A stretch of DNA of 63,962 nucleotides, the filler included, from Choristocarpus tenellus KU-1152 (taxonomy: Eukaryota; Protista; Phaeophyceae): the NCBI GenBank assembly GCA_964200185.2. It is 10 parts of 10 records of this genome, joined end to end, with 100 filler letters (N's around TTAATTAATTAA, not from the genome) between each part and the next. Parts side by side here need not be neighbours in the genome. Positions count along the whole stretch, not along the records: positions 49,624 to 54,373 come from CAXNAD020013204.1; positions 54,474 to 57,159 come from CAXNAD020025663.1; positions 57,260 to 59,851 come from CAXNAD020026462.1; positions 59,952 to 63,962 come from CAXNAD020016678.1; 6 more parts are not named here. One strand, written 5' to 3'. The first letter of the stretch is position 1; every line of letters starts with the position of its first letter. The translations under genes were made by a program, and so were the position numbers. This document shows, piece by piece, positions 51,520 through 63,145 of the stretch. A model generated the notes under the pieces. The model did not search any database. It had not been told where the DNA came from and saw only the letters and a list, made by a program, of their open reading frames with translations.

Positions 51520-51784
51520 TAGTGAAAGTATCTTAGGGTTAGGGTAGAGCCACATCCGTTTGGCGGCCAAAATCCAATGTTGTGATATTGATGTAATCTG
51601 GACTATATTGTTAGGAAGTGTGTCAATATCCTTGTTCCACACACACCTTTTCATAACGTATACGTTTTTCTACTCCGAAAATTTTCGGAGTAGGAAAAAG
51701 TAACAAAAAAAAAACATGGGAAGCCAAGCCCCAAACGGACAAACAGGGCAAAACTCGTACCCTAACCCTAACATACTTTCACTG
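51520..51784 (+). mobile_element. MITE family A copy 7, with telomeric repeats in both TIRs
   Basis: TAGTGAAAGTATCTTAGGGTTAGGGTAGAGCC...TACCCTAACCCTAACATACTTTCACTG, inserted in an (AGT)n tract. Confidence 0.9.
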
Positions 51785-52170
51785 AGTAGTAGTAGTAGTA
51801 GTAGTAGCTTCAACAGAACAACTAACCCTAACCCTAACCCTAAATACCTTTTTTTTTTACCAGTCATTTACACATTTTGTATTTTGTTTATCCTTGAACC
51901 TCAATGACATGGTTCAATACGGTTGACTTGTTGTGCTTATTAGGTGTGCACCATGGCCATAACATGTCGTGGTCAAGAATTACGATCATGTCCATACACA
52001 AGGTTAGGGTTAGGGACAGGAATAGCGATGAGATCAGGCCTGGGTCAGCCACTGTAGCAATAGTGATAGGTATGCTTGTATTCATCATGTCCACGTGTTT
52101 TGATTTCGCTTGAGTCTGTGAGTCTGTCGATGTGCACTGACAAACCCTAACCCCAACCCCGCCTGGTAAG

Positions 52171-54373
52171 GTACGGCAAAAGCTTGATGGAGATTTGCTG
52201 CGCAGCTTCCTCGAGAGTCAGATTTTTGTCGATGCCTGTAAGATGAAGGAGGAAAGTGGTGAGTTGAGGTGGGGTACGAATGGAGGTATTTATAGTAGTA
52301 CTATGTAAACTATATAAAAATGTGTTTTTATTATATTATGTATTTGAAGAGCAACACTCTCACAAAGAGACTTGCGTCTGAACTTCATGGTGAACGAGTC
52401 AATACAAGGCAGTTTTTTTTTACTGCAACAGGAATATTATTTATTTTTTATTAGTGTTATATTTCAAATAGCTTCAGTTGTAGTAATTTCAATATTTATG
52501 AATATTGGCATTGATCGCAAAGTTGGAGAAGGCGTTTTTGTGGGAGTTTTTTTTGGTTTGTGCATGGTGAGGAGAGGGGTAATACTGCAGTGGAACAGGT
52601 AGGCAGATCGGAAGGCGAGGATAGTATGAGGGTTAGGGAAGAGTGTGCCGATGAGAGCATAACAGCAGCTAGGACAGGACATGTCCAAGAAAAGGGCTTT
52701 CCTCCTCCTCTTTCGATTGTTATCCTTTTGCGACATATGGGATATGTAGGAGGCGTCCTAACTCTTCCATAGGAATTTGTTACAGGTACAACATTCAAAT
52801 AGTTGAGAGTACCTTGCTGGTTCTTTATTGGCGAGACTGATCCAAAAAGGGGCAGTTTATCTGGTGCTGATGTGTATACAGACATTGTTTGATTTCTTTT
52901 AGGTTTTTAGTAACAGTCTGATTTGTTGTTTACTTACTACCTCTAATACCATATTATATTATTACTATTATTATTATTAGATCACATGTTATTCGAAGGC
53001 TATTGGTCATTGTGTTAAGGAAGTGAAATGGTTGTGTGTGGTGATCAACCCAAGACAAATCAGTCCCTCTATGTAGGTGCTGAACTGTAGTCGGCACAAA
53101 TATTGTGTTGTTGTTGTTTCAAACGGTGTTGATCCCTCCCTTGAACAAAAACCTATCTTGATTGTACGCTACACACGTGTCCTCGGTTATCAACTGCCAT
53201 AATTCTCCTTTGCAACTTCTTTCTATCTTGCAATTTCATCCTCCTGTGTGTAGCCAAAAGAAAAAACGCCCCTCAGATGGTGAGGCTCCTCCGGGCTCCT
53301 GAGGCAAAACGTTTTGAGTCTATTAACACATACATGTGTGTGTGGGGATCATTGCGCACGAATCGAACCAGAACTTTCAGAGGCGTGTCCACACGGCTAA
53401 CCAATTAGCTGGTAAAAAAAAAATGGCCATCAGTCAATTATGATTAATCAGATGCAGTCGATCATACACATCATTGACACTTTTCGCAGTCAGTGCTCCA
53501 GTTTTTTTTCTTTATTCCTCTCCAAAATATTCTGTGCCTTACTACAAGTCCCTGTCACGACAGTTGAGTCACTGTTACTTATAGTATGTACTACTTCAAT
53601 ATTGAGGAGTATTGATAATATTTATATTATCCCCTTTAAAATTTCGTGGATGTGTCAGGGGAAGGGTCAATTCAATATCTTCAGAACCCCTGTAATAAAG
53701 TAACAGTTCTTGTAAATGTGAAAGATATATCTCCAAAATCTATTTGCCATTTGAACACCAGCTGTACTACACTACTCCCCTGCTGTGCCTCCAACATTGA
53801 TAACCGTAATAGTAAGAAGGTTATGGCAGGGTAGGGGACATACGGTACAAGTATATGGAGTAGTTATTAATGAATTAAACCTGTATATACTAATGCTGTA
53901 CATCACACTGAGTTAGAAAAAGGTACACCTTCACCCTCCAACCCCTGCATTGCCTCCTAAAAAAATGCATTGCATTCGTAAGAACTCTAGTCCAGTGCCT
54001 GAAAAATTGTCGTCTACCCACCCTACTCTGTTAGGTTCTTCATGAACCTAGTAGTATGATGCTCGGAGTAGTAATAATAGTAGTAATAACAAGAGCAGTT
54101 AGACCCTTTCAAGTATTACTGTGCTCACCCAACCTCCTTGTTTCTGTATCTTCAGTGGTTCGATACGCAGCTGAGAGAGCAAAGGCTAGACTCCAAAACC
54201 TCAATATTGGATATCAGAGAGGGGGGAGCTTTGATTCGTGGGATGGGAGGAGCCATGGACACCCCTCCCCTTTGTCTCGGCAACACTTGCCTTCTTCTCC
54301 TCGCCGTACCAATACCCCCCAACGTCCATCACCACACACGCCTGAGATGGTGGCTTCTTTTGGTCTCCCAGTC
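52171..54373 (+). CDS. Unidentified protein, two exons
   Basis: Exons 52171-52258 (donor G|GTGAGT) and 54156 to contig end join in phase 1: VRQKLDGDLLRSFLESQIFVDACKMKEES-VVRYAAERAKARLQNLNIG..., followed by an S/P-rich tail. Confidence 0.55.
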
Positions 54374-54473
54374 NNNNNNNNNNNNNNNNNNNNNNNNNNN
54401 NNNNNNNNNNNNNNNNNTTAATTAATTAANNNNNNNNNNNNNNNNNNNNNNNNNNNNNNNNNNNNNNNNNNNN
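54374..54473. other. Artificial contig linker
   Basis: N44-TTAATTAATTAA-N44. Confidence 0.98.
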
Positions 54474-55260
54474 ATCAAATAGTCCCTCGTCTTCTTTCCT
54501 CCCTGCTTTAATACTTCCGACTGGTGAAGAGTGTTCTGATCATTGACCCAAAGTTTGGTAATGTTACAACATTTTTTAGGTTTGGGGTTATAATATTCAA
54601 ATACTGTAGGTGTATATTTTAAATCATCGAAGTTTTGTTATTTGTATCGTATCTTTTCAGCGTATTACAGATTCTTGAAATGAAAAATATATATATGTGC
54701 GTGTATGGAACGCTTGATTTTCTTGTGAAGTCCATGCATTTTATCACAAATGAATAAAAAGAAATAGTTTTATGAAGTCTGTATGTTCTCAAAATAGAAA
54801 AAGATTTAACGATGGAAAAATGACCCTTTTTTGGGCGATTTGTTGGACTGTTTTGTTTGAAAGGACCAAAACGATCGTTTTACAAAGAGTAGTAGTATCA
54901 CATTTTCGATATTTTAAACACAAAATCTCTACTATTTCTCATGTGATGGATTATAGTTCAATGTTGGTGTGATGGGATATCTAGTCACGTTTGGATGAAT
55001 AAATAGACTTCATGTATGAATCAACGATTTGCCACATCGAGCAGCAAACAGAAGTAACTTGTCTTTTGTAGGTAAACAAAATCAATGAAAAGAGTCAAGT
55101 GTTTAGGAACAACTAGTAGATGGTTCTGCAGGGTAGGTACACTTCGAACCGGAAAAACTACAAAATTTAACAACCTCCCAACCTACAAAATAGGATCAAT
55201 GACCTAATCCCCCACCCCCCCCCAAAACAAAATACCACACCCTTGTCTATAAGGACAAAC

Positions 55261-56822
55261 CTTTAGTTGATTGCTCATGTCCATCAACTTGGTCTCGACG
55301 TCTCTCTGCTCATGCCTTGCCTGGATCTTCTCCTTCCTATTTTTTTGAAGACCAGTAGAGTGGGCAAAAAAACAACTGAGACACCTATATTTCCTCATGG
55401 GTGAATGATATTCCAGTCATTAGCTTTCTTTCCCCTCTTCATCAATGGGCTAGTCCTCTACACTCAGCAACAAACTGATATTTTCCTGTATAGCTGATAC
55501 TGCCAATACTCTAATCCAACCTGTGGTACTTGCATGCAGGCAATACTGTAATGCCACCGCCTTCAGAATAGCTGGATGTGGAATAGCTGACTGTGAGGGG
55601 CAGTATGACACTTACACTAAAACAAACATGCCATCACCTTCAATATAAGGAGACTGTCCTATCACTATCATTAGTGAGTCCATGGCCCCACAAGGTTTTC
55701 TGCTGCTCTTAACCCTCCATCCACTGTCTAATACACACGTCTCAAATACATCTGAACAGAGAGCTACTGTGTGAGGCCGCTATGATGAATCAAAGGTATG
55801 AGACACATCTACCATAAGTTACTACATAGTAAGGACTTGGAAGCATCTAAGCATGACACATTCTGTTGAAGGTGACTGATCGTCATAATCTTAGATGGGT
55901 TGCAGCCATTCTTCCCGCGACCTTGTCTGTAGATCCCTCTCCCTTATCTTGAGCTCGTCCACCATATGGCTGACCCCATCAGAGAGGAGAAAGGACAAAC
56001 GGGGGGGAAGCTGTGAGGGGTTTGGAGGGATTGAGCATGAGGTTGACGTTCACTTCCTTGGCAGCAAGACCCTTCCTTGGATAGTCACATCGATACTGCC
56101 CCTCCCTCACGTTGAACTACCCACAACAGACAGGGAAAGATACCATTAAAGCCCAGGTGAGCATAACTCCATCCCAGTTATGAGTCACAATATCTTCAAG
56201 ACAAGGAGTTTGAAAAAAACGTGAAGAGGACATCAGACCACGCCATGTGATCACAACGCATGACGAGGTGGGCAACAAGACCAGGAATGTTGGGTTGAGG
56301 TGTGACTTTCCCCCAGGACACTCACCACAGCTCCGCGGTCTTCTTCTTCTCCATCAGCAACTCACGAGCCAGTGGGGAAGTGTCGGGGACGGCAATAGTA
56401 TCCCCGGCCTTGAGCAATCCAAGGTGGGGAGGGAAGCAAGAGAGTAAACAATGACTTTAATTGCTCTAGGTAGTCTCCTTGTTTTCCTTGGATATCCCAA
56501 TCGAGAAACAGTCTCACCCCCCCCCAATCTACACAGGGATTGCCAAACCGAGCTAAGGATTAGTAAAACGCACATCGCTGATGTATTGAAATGGGATAGG
56601 TGAGCAACAGTGATCTACGTACATTCTTGAAAAGCAAATATCTCAGCATGTCATATCTTGGTACAACTACAGCATATACTTACTACCATCCCCATTCCCA
56701 CCAAGCCGTTTAATGTTGCAGCACAAACAGTCTCTTATAAGAGGGGACACGGTACTCCTGGCACTGCAGTTGCTGCTATCCTCATAGCAAAGGCTGCCGT
56801 CAGAATCAGAAGCCCTCTCGTC
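55261..56822 (-). CDS. Unidentified coiled-coil protein, partial spliced gene
   Basis: Minus-strand exons 56822-56751 (tentative), 56408-56326, 55969-55922 and 55336-55261, with AG/GT ends and matching phases: SPLARELLMEKKKTAEL-CHMVDELKIRERDLQT-RKEKIQARHEQRDVETKLMDMSNQLK. Confidence 0.65.
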
Positions 56823-57159
56823 CTGTGAAGTGTACAGTAAGGATCATGGGGTGTGTGATGGCAGATAGATACTCAGTTCCTGCCTCCTACTTGACCTGTG
56901 GTTATACCCACCATTAACAATGTACAATGCACAGACCAAATATACGAGTACAGACATCAGTCCATGGAACACATTCTGGGTGAAGCAGCCACCGCAGGAG
57001 CCCCCCTGGCTTGACCGAATAGCCTCCATGACGGAGTATACCCAAGACAAGGTAGGGAAATATCCACTGCACAACGCACCAGACAAGAAACATGAGCTGG
57101 AGTGAAGATGCGAAGAACCCCACGCCCCCCCCTTCAGCTCCAGAGGAACATTGAATATC

Positions 57160-57259
57160 NNNNNNNNNNNNNNNNNNNNNNNNNNNNNNNNNNNNNNNNN
57201 NNNTTAATTAATTAANNNNNNNNNNNNNNNNNNNNNNNNNNNNNNNNNNNNNNNNNNNN
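57160..57259. other. Artificial contig linker
   Basis: N44-TTAATTAATTAA-N44. Confidence 0.98.
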
Positions 57260-57260
57260 G

Positions 57261-57620
57261 GCAGGGAAGACTGAGGGGTGGTCGATTAGGCTTATGACGC
57301 AGCCATCTAACTCCCCCGACCTCAATATCATGGACCTGTGCTTCTTCAGGTCTTCGAAATGCCGGGTGATGGAGGAGCGGTTTGGGTCCGTGGAGGAGAT
57401 GGTGAAGTTCATTAAGAAACAGTAGGAGGAGTATGATGAAATCACATTTGAGAGGGCTTGGCAGCTCCTTCTTGTGGTGTACAATCAAGTACTTAGATAC
57501 AAAGGGGGGAATGACTTCAGTGTGGAGCACACAAGGATGAGGAAGAGGCAGTTGTCTGGAGAGCTTAGAAACACGGGGAATGTAGACCTGAAAGCTTTTC
57601 CCGTGGCTGATATATTGTGA
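57261..57620 (+). mobile_element. Tc1/mariner (plant/oomycete DD39D-type) transposase C-terminal pseudogene
   Basis: GWSIRLMTQPSNSPDLNIMDLCFFRS...YNQVLRYKGGNDFSVEH matches the QPPNSPDLNxLDLGFF and GGNxY motifs. In-frame TAG at 57423-57425. Not in the ORF track. Confidence 0.88.
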
Positions 57621-58389
57621 TTGTGATGGATGGGGAGTAATAGCAATAAAAAGAGCTGACCCTATCCAGAAACTCGTCAAGGATTCCAAGTCTTTCTTTC
57701 AGAAGTGAACTTCATCATCTTCAAAGTTACAGACAACGCAGCACAGACTAATAGCACGGAGGTAGTACATATTTTCGATATCAAGGTTTTACAAACCATC
57801 CAGGACAGACGGTTTAAATTTAATATTCCACTATTAGCACTACTACGGTGGTTGTGGATGGATCGTAGTGATTGAGCAGAAGTATAAATTGCGACTTGAT
57901 CGAAACCGATAAATGAGGGGTAACTTTCAATTGCTTGTTTTCTTGCAAACGTGCACTATGGCTACGAATCTCAGCAACTTGCGCGCCTCAACTCATGCAG
58001 TGCATGTACGATTTGACTATGATTGAGTACCTGTGTATCGAACTTTTTGGAGTCGATTTATGTTAGCCCGAGTCTTCTCTTATAAAAAATGGAAAAATTA
58101 AAGTTCATGATAAAATGTATCAATTTCGAATTACAATTATAGCTCTTCAAAATCGGGAGGATTGATGTGGATCATAGTGGACTCAGCCTTCTCATCGATC
58201 AATTACATTTATTTGGATTACTCAAGTTAACCAAACTGCCCGATTAGTTCTGTTTATTCAGGGAAATTCGCATGTATCCTAATGTTACCAAACTAGTTCT
58301 GTCAGTTTAGGGAAATCCAAATATGTCCCTCCAATAAGAAGGCAGAAGACTCAATTGCAATCCACTTCAGTCCTTCCAATTTCGAATAG

Positions 58390-59760
58390 TGCGATCCTCC
58401 TACCTGGCGTACTTGTCCACCCGTCGTAGGGGAAGTACGTGCATGTCGGGTGTCAACATGCTTTCACCTGCACCTGACCACCTGTTCAATACTATCTCCT
58501 CGCTCCCCAGAGTCCTGATGGTGGTGAGACTAAACGCCTCAGAGGAATCTGGTGAATTTGCCCCAAGAGGTGTATGGTGGCCCATGCATTAGCCCCTTGC
58601 CCACACTAGCTACAGTGACAGACCAGAGCCTGCAAGGGACTTTCCCTCCCCTGTTTCTCCAAACATGCAGGACGAGATACATCCTAGAGGAGTCAAACGG
58701 GATCTTGTTCAGAAGATGTGTGATGCCATACTGAGCCCTCCTTGTTACCCTGGCCTTATGACCTGCCAAGGTTTGTACCTCTGGTACTTGAATGGGAACA
58801 ATCATACCTGCCCAGTCAACCCAACCTCGACCAAAAACCTCTGCCAGGTCCTCTTGGGGGACTCCTGATGAGATGATGACATGGATTGACGACCCCAGGA
58901 CCTGTATTGTCGGGCTCAGATCAATATCCTGTGTGAAGGCTTCTCTGTGGGGTCCTGTTACCTGGCCAGAAGATTGGGGAGGGTGGCCATCAATGGGGGC
59001 GTACCTTTCACTCCCCTGTTATCCATTGGGAAATGGAGATCTCAGGTACCGCAATATGAGTTAGGTGCATCGGTGAGGAGCCCTTGCAGCACCTGTGGGA
59101 GGTCATCAATGAGGGCCGAGAAAGGTGTACATTGTTGAATTCGATTTTACATCTAGAGCTCTAGGCTGATGATCCTTCCCCCACTCATTTTCAAGGCAGG
59201 TAGGTTTCCGGCAGAGTGTGCTCAACTCATTTGGAAACCTTAGTCCAAACTGCACAATACAGTATCCCCAAATGATCCTTAAAGGTACGGCTGAAGCACA
59301 TGCCCCAGTGAAGAAAGAGAGCCACCTTTAGCTGGGTAGCATTTTCCCTTATGGTATAGGATCGAGAGATTAATGGAGCCTCTAAAAGAGTGGTTCTGGG
59401 GATGTGTACATCCCTTCCCAAAGCTTGTCAAAATCGATTGATACGCCTTCATGTCTAATTCCTGTGGTGATGGCTGAGTGGACTTGGCTGGGGCGAAGGC
59501 CATTGGGCGGTGGGGAAGAGCTGCTGTCCGCCAATATGATGGTCAGGCGTAGGGATGCAGGAGGGTATTCCCCCTCCCTCAAGGGGGCTGTAGTGCTGAC
59601 CCCTGGACCCCTCCTCCGCTGCAGCCTTCTCCTTGGTCGGCATAATGACCTGCCTGAGGGTGTACGAATTCTCCGTAGGTTGCTTGAAGACAAGCACTTG
59701 GGCTAGCATAATCTTCATGTAGGGAAATAACGATTCTGCCCCAGGCCATCGTGGCCTTCA
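58390..59760 (-). mobile_element. Highly decayed LINE-like ORF2 remnant
   Basis: PDSSEAFSLTTI...EEIVLNRW resembles the LINE RT motif YRPISLTS...ER.V..RL. Upstream frames are fragmented; boundaries are approximate. Confidence 0.4.
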
Positions 59761-59785
59761 CCCCAGCCGTATTTGCTCAGCCATC

Positions 59786-59851
59786 GAGCCAAAGTATCTT
59801 AGAGGGTACAGCCGCGTCCATTTGGGGGTCAAAGTCCAATGTTGCAATTTT
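59786..59851 (+). mobile_element. MITE family A copy 8, cut by contig end
   Basis: GAGCCAAAGTATCTTAGAGGGTACAGCCGCGTCCATTTGGGG... Confidence 0.88.
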
Positions 59852-59951
59852 NNNNNNNNNNNNNNNNNNNNNNNNNNNNNNNNNNNNNNNNNNNNTTAAT
59901 TAATTAANNNNNNNNNNNNNNNNNNNNNNNNNNNNNNNNNNNNNNNNNNNN
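59852..59951. other. Artificial contig linker
   Basis: N44-TTAATTAATTAA-N44. Confidence 0.98.
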
Positions 59952-60094
59952 TGTACAAGTTATGAAAAGTTGTGTCTGGAACAAGGATATTGACATTCCC
60001 TAACAAACATGATGGCCAGAATTACATTTAAATTGCAACATTTGATTTTGGCCCCCAAATGGACGCAGCTCTACCCTCTAAGATAATTTTACTC
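59952..60094 (-). mobile_element. MITE family A copy 9, cut by contig start
   Basis: Reverse-orientation half element ending CCCTCTAAGATAATTTTACTC. Confidence 0.88.
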
Positions 60095-62371
60095 TTTGAT
60101 TAACTGTACATATAATTACGGTGTATGTAACTGTCACATGCATAATTACTACAGCTTATTATTGGGCTGAGCAATTAGCATATTCACTGTCGGCCATATG
60201 GCCACAACCATGTCCATGGCTAGGACATTTTGAAACCTTTAATGGTTATGAACTGGGTCATATTCCTTGGTTATACATGGCCAGTGGCGGCCCTGGTTGT
60301 GTTGAGTAAGTGATGACTTTGGACTCGGCCATGTTCTGACTTTGTTGTGCATGGAGGCCAGTGCCCCCAGTCATGCTGACAAAGCAATGCCCATGGACTC
60401 AACGGCGTTAAAAACATTTATCTATGGTCAGTCAGGAAAAATATTTCATTACACTCTGGGATGGGCATGTCTGCAATTTTATTTTTACCACTCAAGTGCA
60501 AAATACTGTGGAGTAAATTATACTGACAGACTTGGGAATGAGAACAATAATTTTCTTCTTTTTTTGTCTGTCGCTCATGCCATGCAGTTATAAAGTTTGA
60601 GTCCCCCGACCGACACAACATTTCTCCTCCCTACAACAAGACTCACAAATAGAACCAAACCTTTTACGATGTCCTTCACGATGACACAACATTGGTTGGT
60701 GTTGAGCTTTTCATAGAGTGTCTACGATACAGAGGGCTAGTGTTCTTGTCGGCTGGTTTTCCTTGAATATCTTTATGGGAATTGTATTCACTCTTTCTAT
60801 GCGTTTCGCTTACGCCGTAATAAGTCTTGACAGATTGTGTATAGGGACCTTCGAGTCGTCTTTTTTGCTACAAACCAGTCCTCAATTGTTTGTGTGGTTC
60901 TGAAAATGGGCAACTCAAGGAAGATATGTAGCCAACCAGGAGGCAGCGCGCGAAAGAAATCCCAAACGGCTAAGACAATAGTGAAGCCTACAAAGACAAG
61001 CATGGTATCACCAGCACGGGCAAAGCACTTGCGGTTCAAGATGCCAGACAGATAACGGAGTAGGTTTCTGCCACCATTGTGCCTACTGTACTTGAAGCAA
61101 ACCGGGCAACTGCCGACACTTAGACCATGGTCATGACACAATGAGTGAAGATGTAGCTCGAATTGAGGGAAGTGAAAGCAGAGGTGGACGGCAAAGTTGA
61201 GCAAGCCTTAACCGTCATGGAGGCGACTGCGATGAGGAAGGAAAAAACGTGCTGAGGGTTACTGCAACAGCAGTGCTTCGTGAGGGAGATGAGAGACAAA
61301 AGAGGCTAAGCTGCTGTGAACCACGAGGCTGACAATCGTGCTGAAGCCACGAAAAGTTTTGATAACGCTCAGATACACGCCAGCAGTGCCTGAAGAGATC
61401 GCAATGTTTGAAGGCAGAGCTCCAAAAGTTAAGGTTGACAATCTCTAGAAGGAGCTAACGTCTTTTGAACCAAATGTTGTCTTACCCGCGATTGAGATCA
61501 AGAAAACAGAGGTTGCCACAACTCTTAAGGAGGAGCTGCAGTGCCATGAGGCGATCAGAGGGATACTTTTCCCAACTTCCCGTTCCCATCTTGCTCATAA
61601 ATGAGTGAGTCTCCAACCGTGCATGGATGGTTATGAGCAGTATGTGTAGAACGCACCCCAGACGCAGGAGTAGCACCTCAGGATCCACCTGCTCGGTGCT
61701 CTCCATCTTTACTTAGTCATTTGGTTTCGCCTTTGCCGGTTGTAGCACCCTACATGTGTTCACGGTTCCTTAATTATCAACCATATTATAATATATCTTG
61801 CGCATTTTCGTTTTTGAAAGTACAAAATATTGAGGACAAGGATGAGGGGTTTTCCAGCAATTTCATTGGCCAAACGACAATAAAAACACAAAAACTCAAT
61901 AAAGAGACGGCCACAAAAAAATGCCTCATTTCTGGGGTTAACCTTTTATAGTGATATTTCTATCTCATTCCTTTTTTTTTATTTGGAATATTGGAATTGT
62001 AAATTTAATACGAATACACTGTTGGGTGTCTGAGGTGACTTGTGATCCGTTTGTTTGAATGCCTCACATTCACACATGATCAACACGTAGTGGACATGGT
62101 CCTGACATGCCAGAAAAAAATGAACTGAGGGACGGCCATGGTCCAGACATGCAAGGAAAATAGCTAGACAGGTCGGTCAGTGGCATGAACTGGTACAATA
62201 CTCTGTGGACATGGTCTGGACATGTCAGAGGATGTTTGACCTGGTCTGGCCCCGGACATGGACCAAGACACGTAAAATAATTGTGGGACTGGTCCGACCG
62301 GTGAACAGGGCTTTTTAATTTGCTGGTCCAGTGAAAACCCTTATAATTTCCTGTCTCAAAATATATGTGTA

Positions 62372-62629
62372 GAGTGAAAGTATCTTAGAGGGTATGAGTT
62401 GTACCCTGTTTGTCCATTTGAGCCTTGGCTTCCCACGGGTTTTCAATGACATTTTACCTACTCCAAAATGTTTCGGAGTAGGTAAATGTACAAGTTATGA
62501 AAAGTTGTGTCTGGAACAAGGATATTGACATTCCCTAACAAACATGATGGCCAGAATTACATTTAAATTGCAACATTTGATTTTGGCCCCCAAATGGATG
62601 CAGCTCTACCCTCTAACATAATTTGACTC
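62372..62629 (-). mobile_element. MITE family A copy 10
   Basis: GAGTGAAAGTATCTTAGAGGGTA...CCCTCTAACATAATTTGACTC; flanked by TGTA on both sides. Confidence 0.92.
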
Positions 62630-62808
62630 TGTATATATATATTTGTATATTATGTATTTTATATTTGATGCGTTTATCATCATAATTGAACTATTCAAAT
62701 ATTGCTTCATTGATAGCTAGTGCTCAGAGTACTCTTGCATATCCCCAAATTGATCATGAATATTCTAATTGTTGTATTGCTATTGTAGAGGTTTGAAAAA
62801 TATTAGGA

Positions 62809-62880
62809 ATTACTATTACTATTACTATTACTATTACCATTACTATTGCTATTGCTATTGCTATTGCTATTACAATTACA
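62809..62880 (+). repeat. (TATTAC/TATTGC)n hexamer microsatellite
   Basis: Read directly. Confidence 0.88.
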
Positions 62881-63038
62881 GTATGAAAAAATATATACTA
62901 GCCTTCCCATCCCTATTATTATAACCTTTACTATTACTATTACTATTATAGTATGGATATGAAAATGTAATAGCATCATTCCTGACTCATAACCCTTCCC
63001 ATCCCATTCCTGGGTAACCCATTTAATCACTGCGGCAG

Positions 63039-63145
63039 AGGGTTGTAGCAGCAAACCAGGCAGCTAGGGAGAAGCGCCGGATCAAGGAGGCAATGGAGAA
63101 GATGAAGACTGCGAACAAGTTCAGGAGTATCGAGTCCCTCCTTGG
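63039..63145 (+). CDS. Isolated internal exon of an unidentified charged helical protein
   Basis: CAG|AGGGTT...TTGG|GTGAGT; GC-rich open frame RVVAANQAAREKRRIKEAMEKMKTANKFRSIESLLG in AT-rich surroundings. Confidence 0.6.

Noticed and set aside
7914-59951. Regularly recurring TTAATTAATTAA palindrome
   Set aside because: Always centred in exactly 44+44 Ns. It is an artificial six-frame-stop contig joiner, so gene neighbourhoods across it are not real.
1036-62629. Recurring short ORFs such as LGSVNIYVLDTPFH and YPLRYFHS
   Set aside because: Chance translations of the non-coding MITE. Most other 60-120-aa ORFs in the track are likewise intronic or microsatellite-derived.
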